Shown here in pieces: positions 63,262 to 64,000 of a stretch of DNA of 64,000 bases (position 1 is the stretch's first letter; each line of letters opens with the position of its first letter). This DNA is from Planctomycetia bacterium. Its GTDB lineage: Bacteria > Planctomycetota > Planctomycetia > Pirellulales > PNKZ01. The DNA is taken from the NCBI GenBank assembly GCA_021413845.1, contig JAIOPP010000100.1, positions 44,165 to 108,164 on the forward strand. Reading direction: 5' to 3'. The notes beneath the pieces were generated by a model. That model was given only the letters and a program-made list of their open reading frames with translations, was not told where the DNA came from and made no database searches. The translations under genes were made by a program, and so were the position numbers.

Positions 63262-63738
63262 ATGAAGAACATCGTGTCGCTCGTCGCCGGTTCGCTTGCG
63301 TTCGCGCTTTGCTTGCTGGTTGCCGGTTCCGCGTCGGCGCAAGGCGATGCGGAGGTCGAAGCCAAGTTCGTCGCTACGCTCAAGAACGCGACGCTCAAAG
63401 GTTCTTGGGCGCCGGTCGCCGGCGGGAAGCTGGGGGCCGAGAAGGGAAACGACTCTTATCGCATCGCACGCGCCGAGAAGAGTTCGGCCGGCCAATGGTC
63501 GATCGTCTCGCTCTATAACGTCGGCGGGCGACAGGTCGAGTTCCCGATCTCCGCTTCCGTGAAGTTCGCCGGCGACACCGCCGTGCTGATTCTCGACGAT
63601 GTTCGCGCCGGTCCTGGCGCCGCCAACTGGTCGGCTCGGGTCATGTTCCACAACGACGTTTACGCCGGCCGGTGGTGGGCGACGGCTGATCCCGAACACG
63701 GCGGCACGATCAACGGCACGATCACGCGAGCGCCGTAA
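63262..63738 (+). CDS. Secreted hypothetical protein (beta-rich)
   Basis: Signal peptide ending ASA-Q; YAGRWW...HGGTING. Confidence 0.7.
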   Translation: MKNIVSLVAGSLAFALCLLVAGSASAQGDAEVEAKFVATLKNATLKGSWAPVAGGKLGAEKGNDSYRIARAEKSSAGQWSIVSLYNVGGRQVEFPISASVKFAGDTAVLILDDVRAGPGAANWSARVMFHNDVYAGRWWATADPEHGGTINGTITRAP

Positions 63739-63751
63739 GCGGCAACTCGCG

Positions 63752-64000
63752 TCAGCTGCGTAACGACGCCCCGAACGCTTTCGCGCACGCATCGACGATC
63801 CGCGTTCGCAGTTCGTCGGCTTCGGTGTTCGTCAGCGTCCGCTCGCGCGAGCGGAGCAGCAGCGTAATGACGAGGCTTTTCTTTCCTGCGCCGAGTTTCT
63901 TCTCGTCGCGAAACGGCTCGCCTTTGAGGTCGAGCGTCGCGAGCAGGTCGCCGCCGCAGCTACGCACGGTCGCCGCAATGTCGTTCCAGCGGACTTGCTC
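63752..64000 (-). CDS. pheT: Phenylalanyl-tRNA synthetase beta subunit, C-terminal FDX-ACB domain (partial)
   Basis: EQVRWNDIAATV...GKKSLVITLLLRSRERTLTNTEAD...FGASLRS; open to the window edge. Confidence 0.88.
   Translation of the reverse strand, partial: EQVRWNDIAATVRSCGGDLLATLDLKGEPFRDEKKLGAGKKSLVITLLLRSRERTLTNTEADELRTRIVDACAKAFGASLRS

Overview
GC-rich chromosomal window from a Planctomycete, probably Pirellulales-like. This is inferred from the PVC-superphylum small basic signature protein, a planctomycete-type ECF sigma/Ser-Thr kinase pair, a TadE-vWA-TadE trio and many PQQ-propeller or lineage-type hypothetical genes. It holds about 45 CDS and I saw no rRNA, tRNA, CRISPR array or transposase. 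Core genes are sucA-sucB-lpdA, fumC, groES, the 3' end of pheT and an Lhr helicase. Other blocks are a flippase/GT2/membrane-glycosyltransferase cluster, a B12 radical SAM, an HpnN-like RND transporter, LarA and sugar-acid catabolic genes. The most notable observations are: (1) a stand-alone gene with a near-consensus sigma54 promoter and its own terminator, encoding two alphaCTD/HhH-like repeats plus a sigma70 region-4-like HTH; (2) heptamer-built inverted-repeat elements starting at the stop codons of three TCA-cycle genes; (3) an ECF sigma, a Cache-domain kinase with rearranged domain order and a pseudo-receiver regulator; (4) an orphan structured region with a terminator next to groES; (5) a small-protein island with operator palindromes, one resembling a LexA box; (6) a phosphoesterase/alpha-beta hydrolase pair that apparently overlaps by 100-200 nt; and (7) a seemingly N-terminally deleted prenyltransferase-repeat gene. 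All family calls come from motif recognition by eye, not from database searches.
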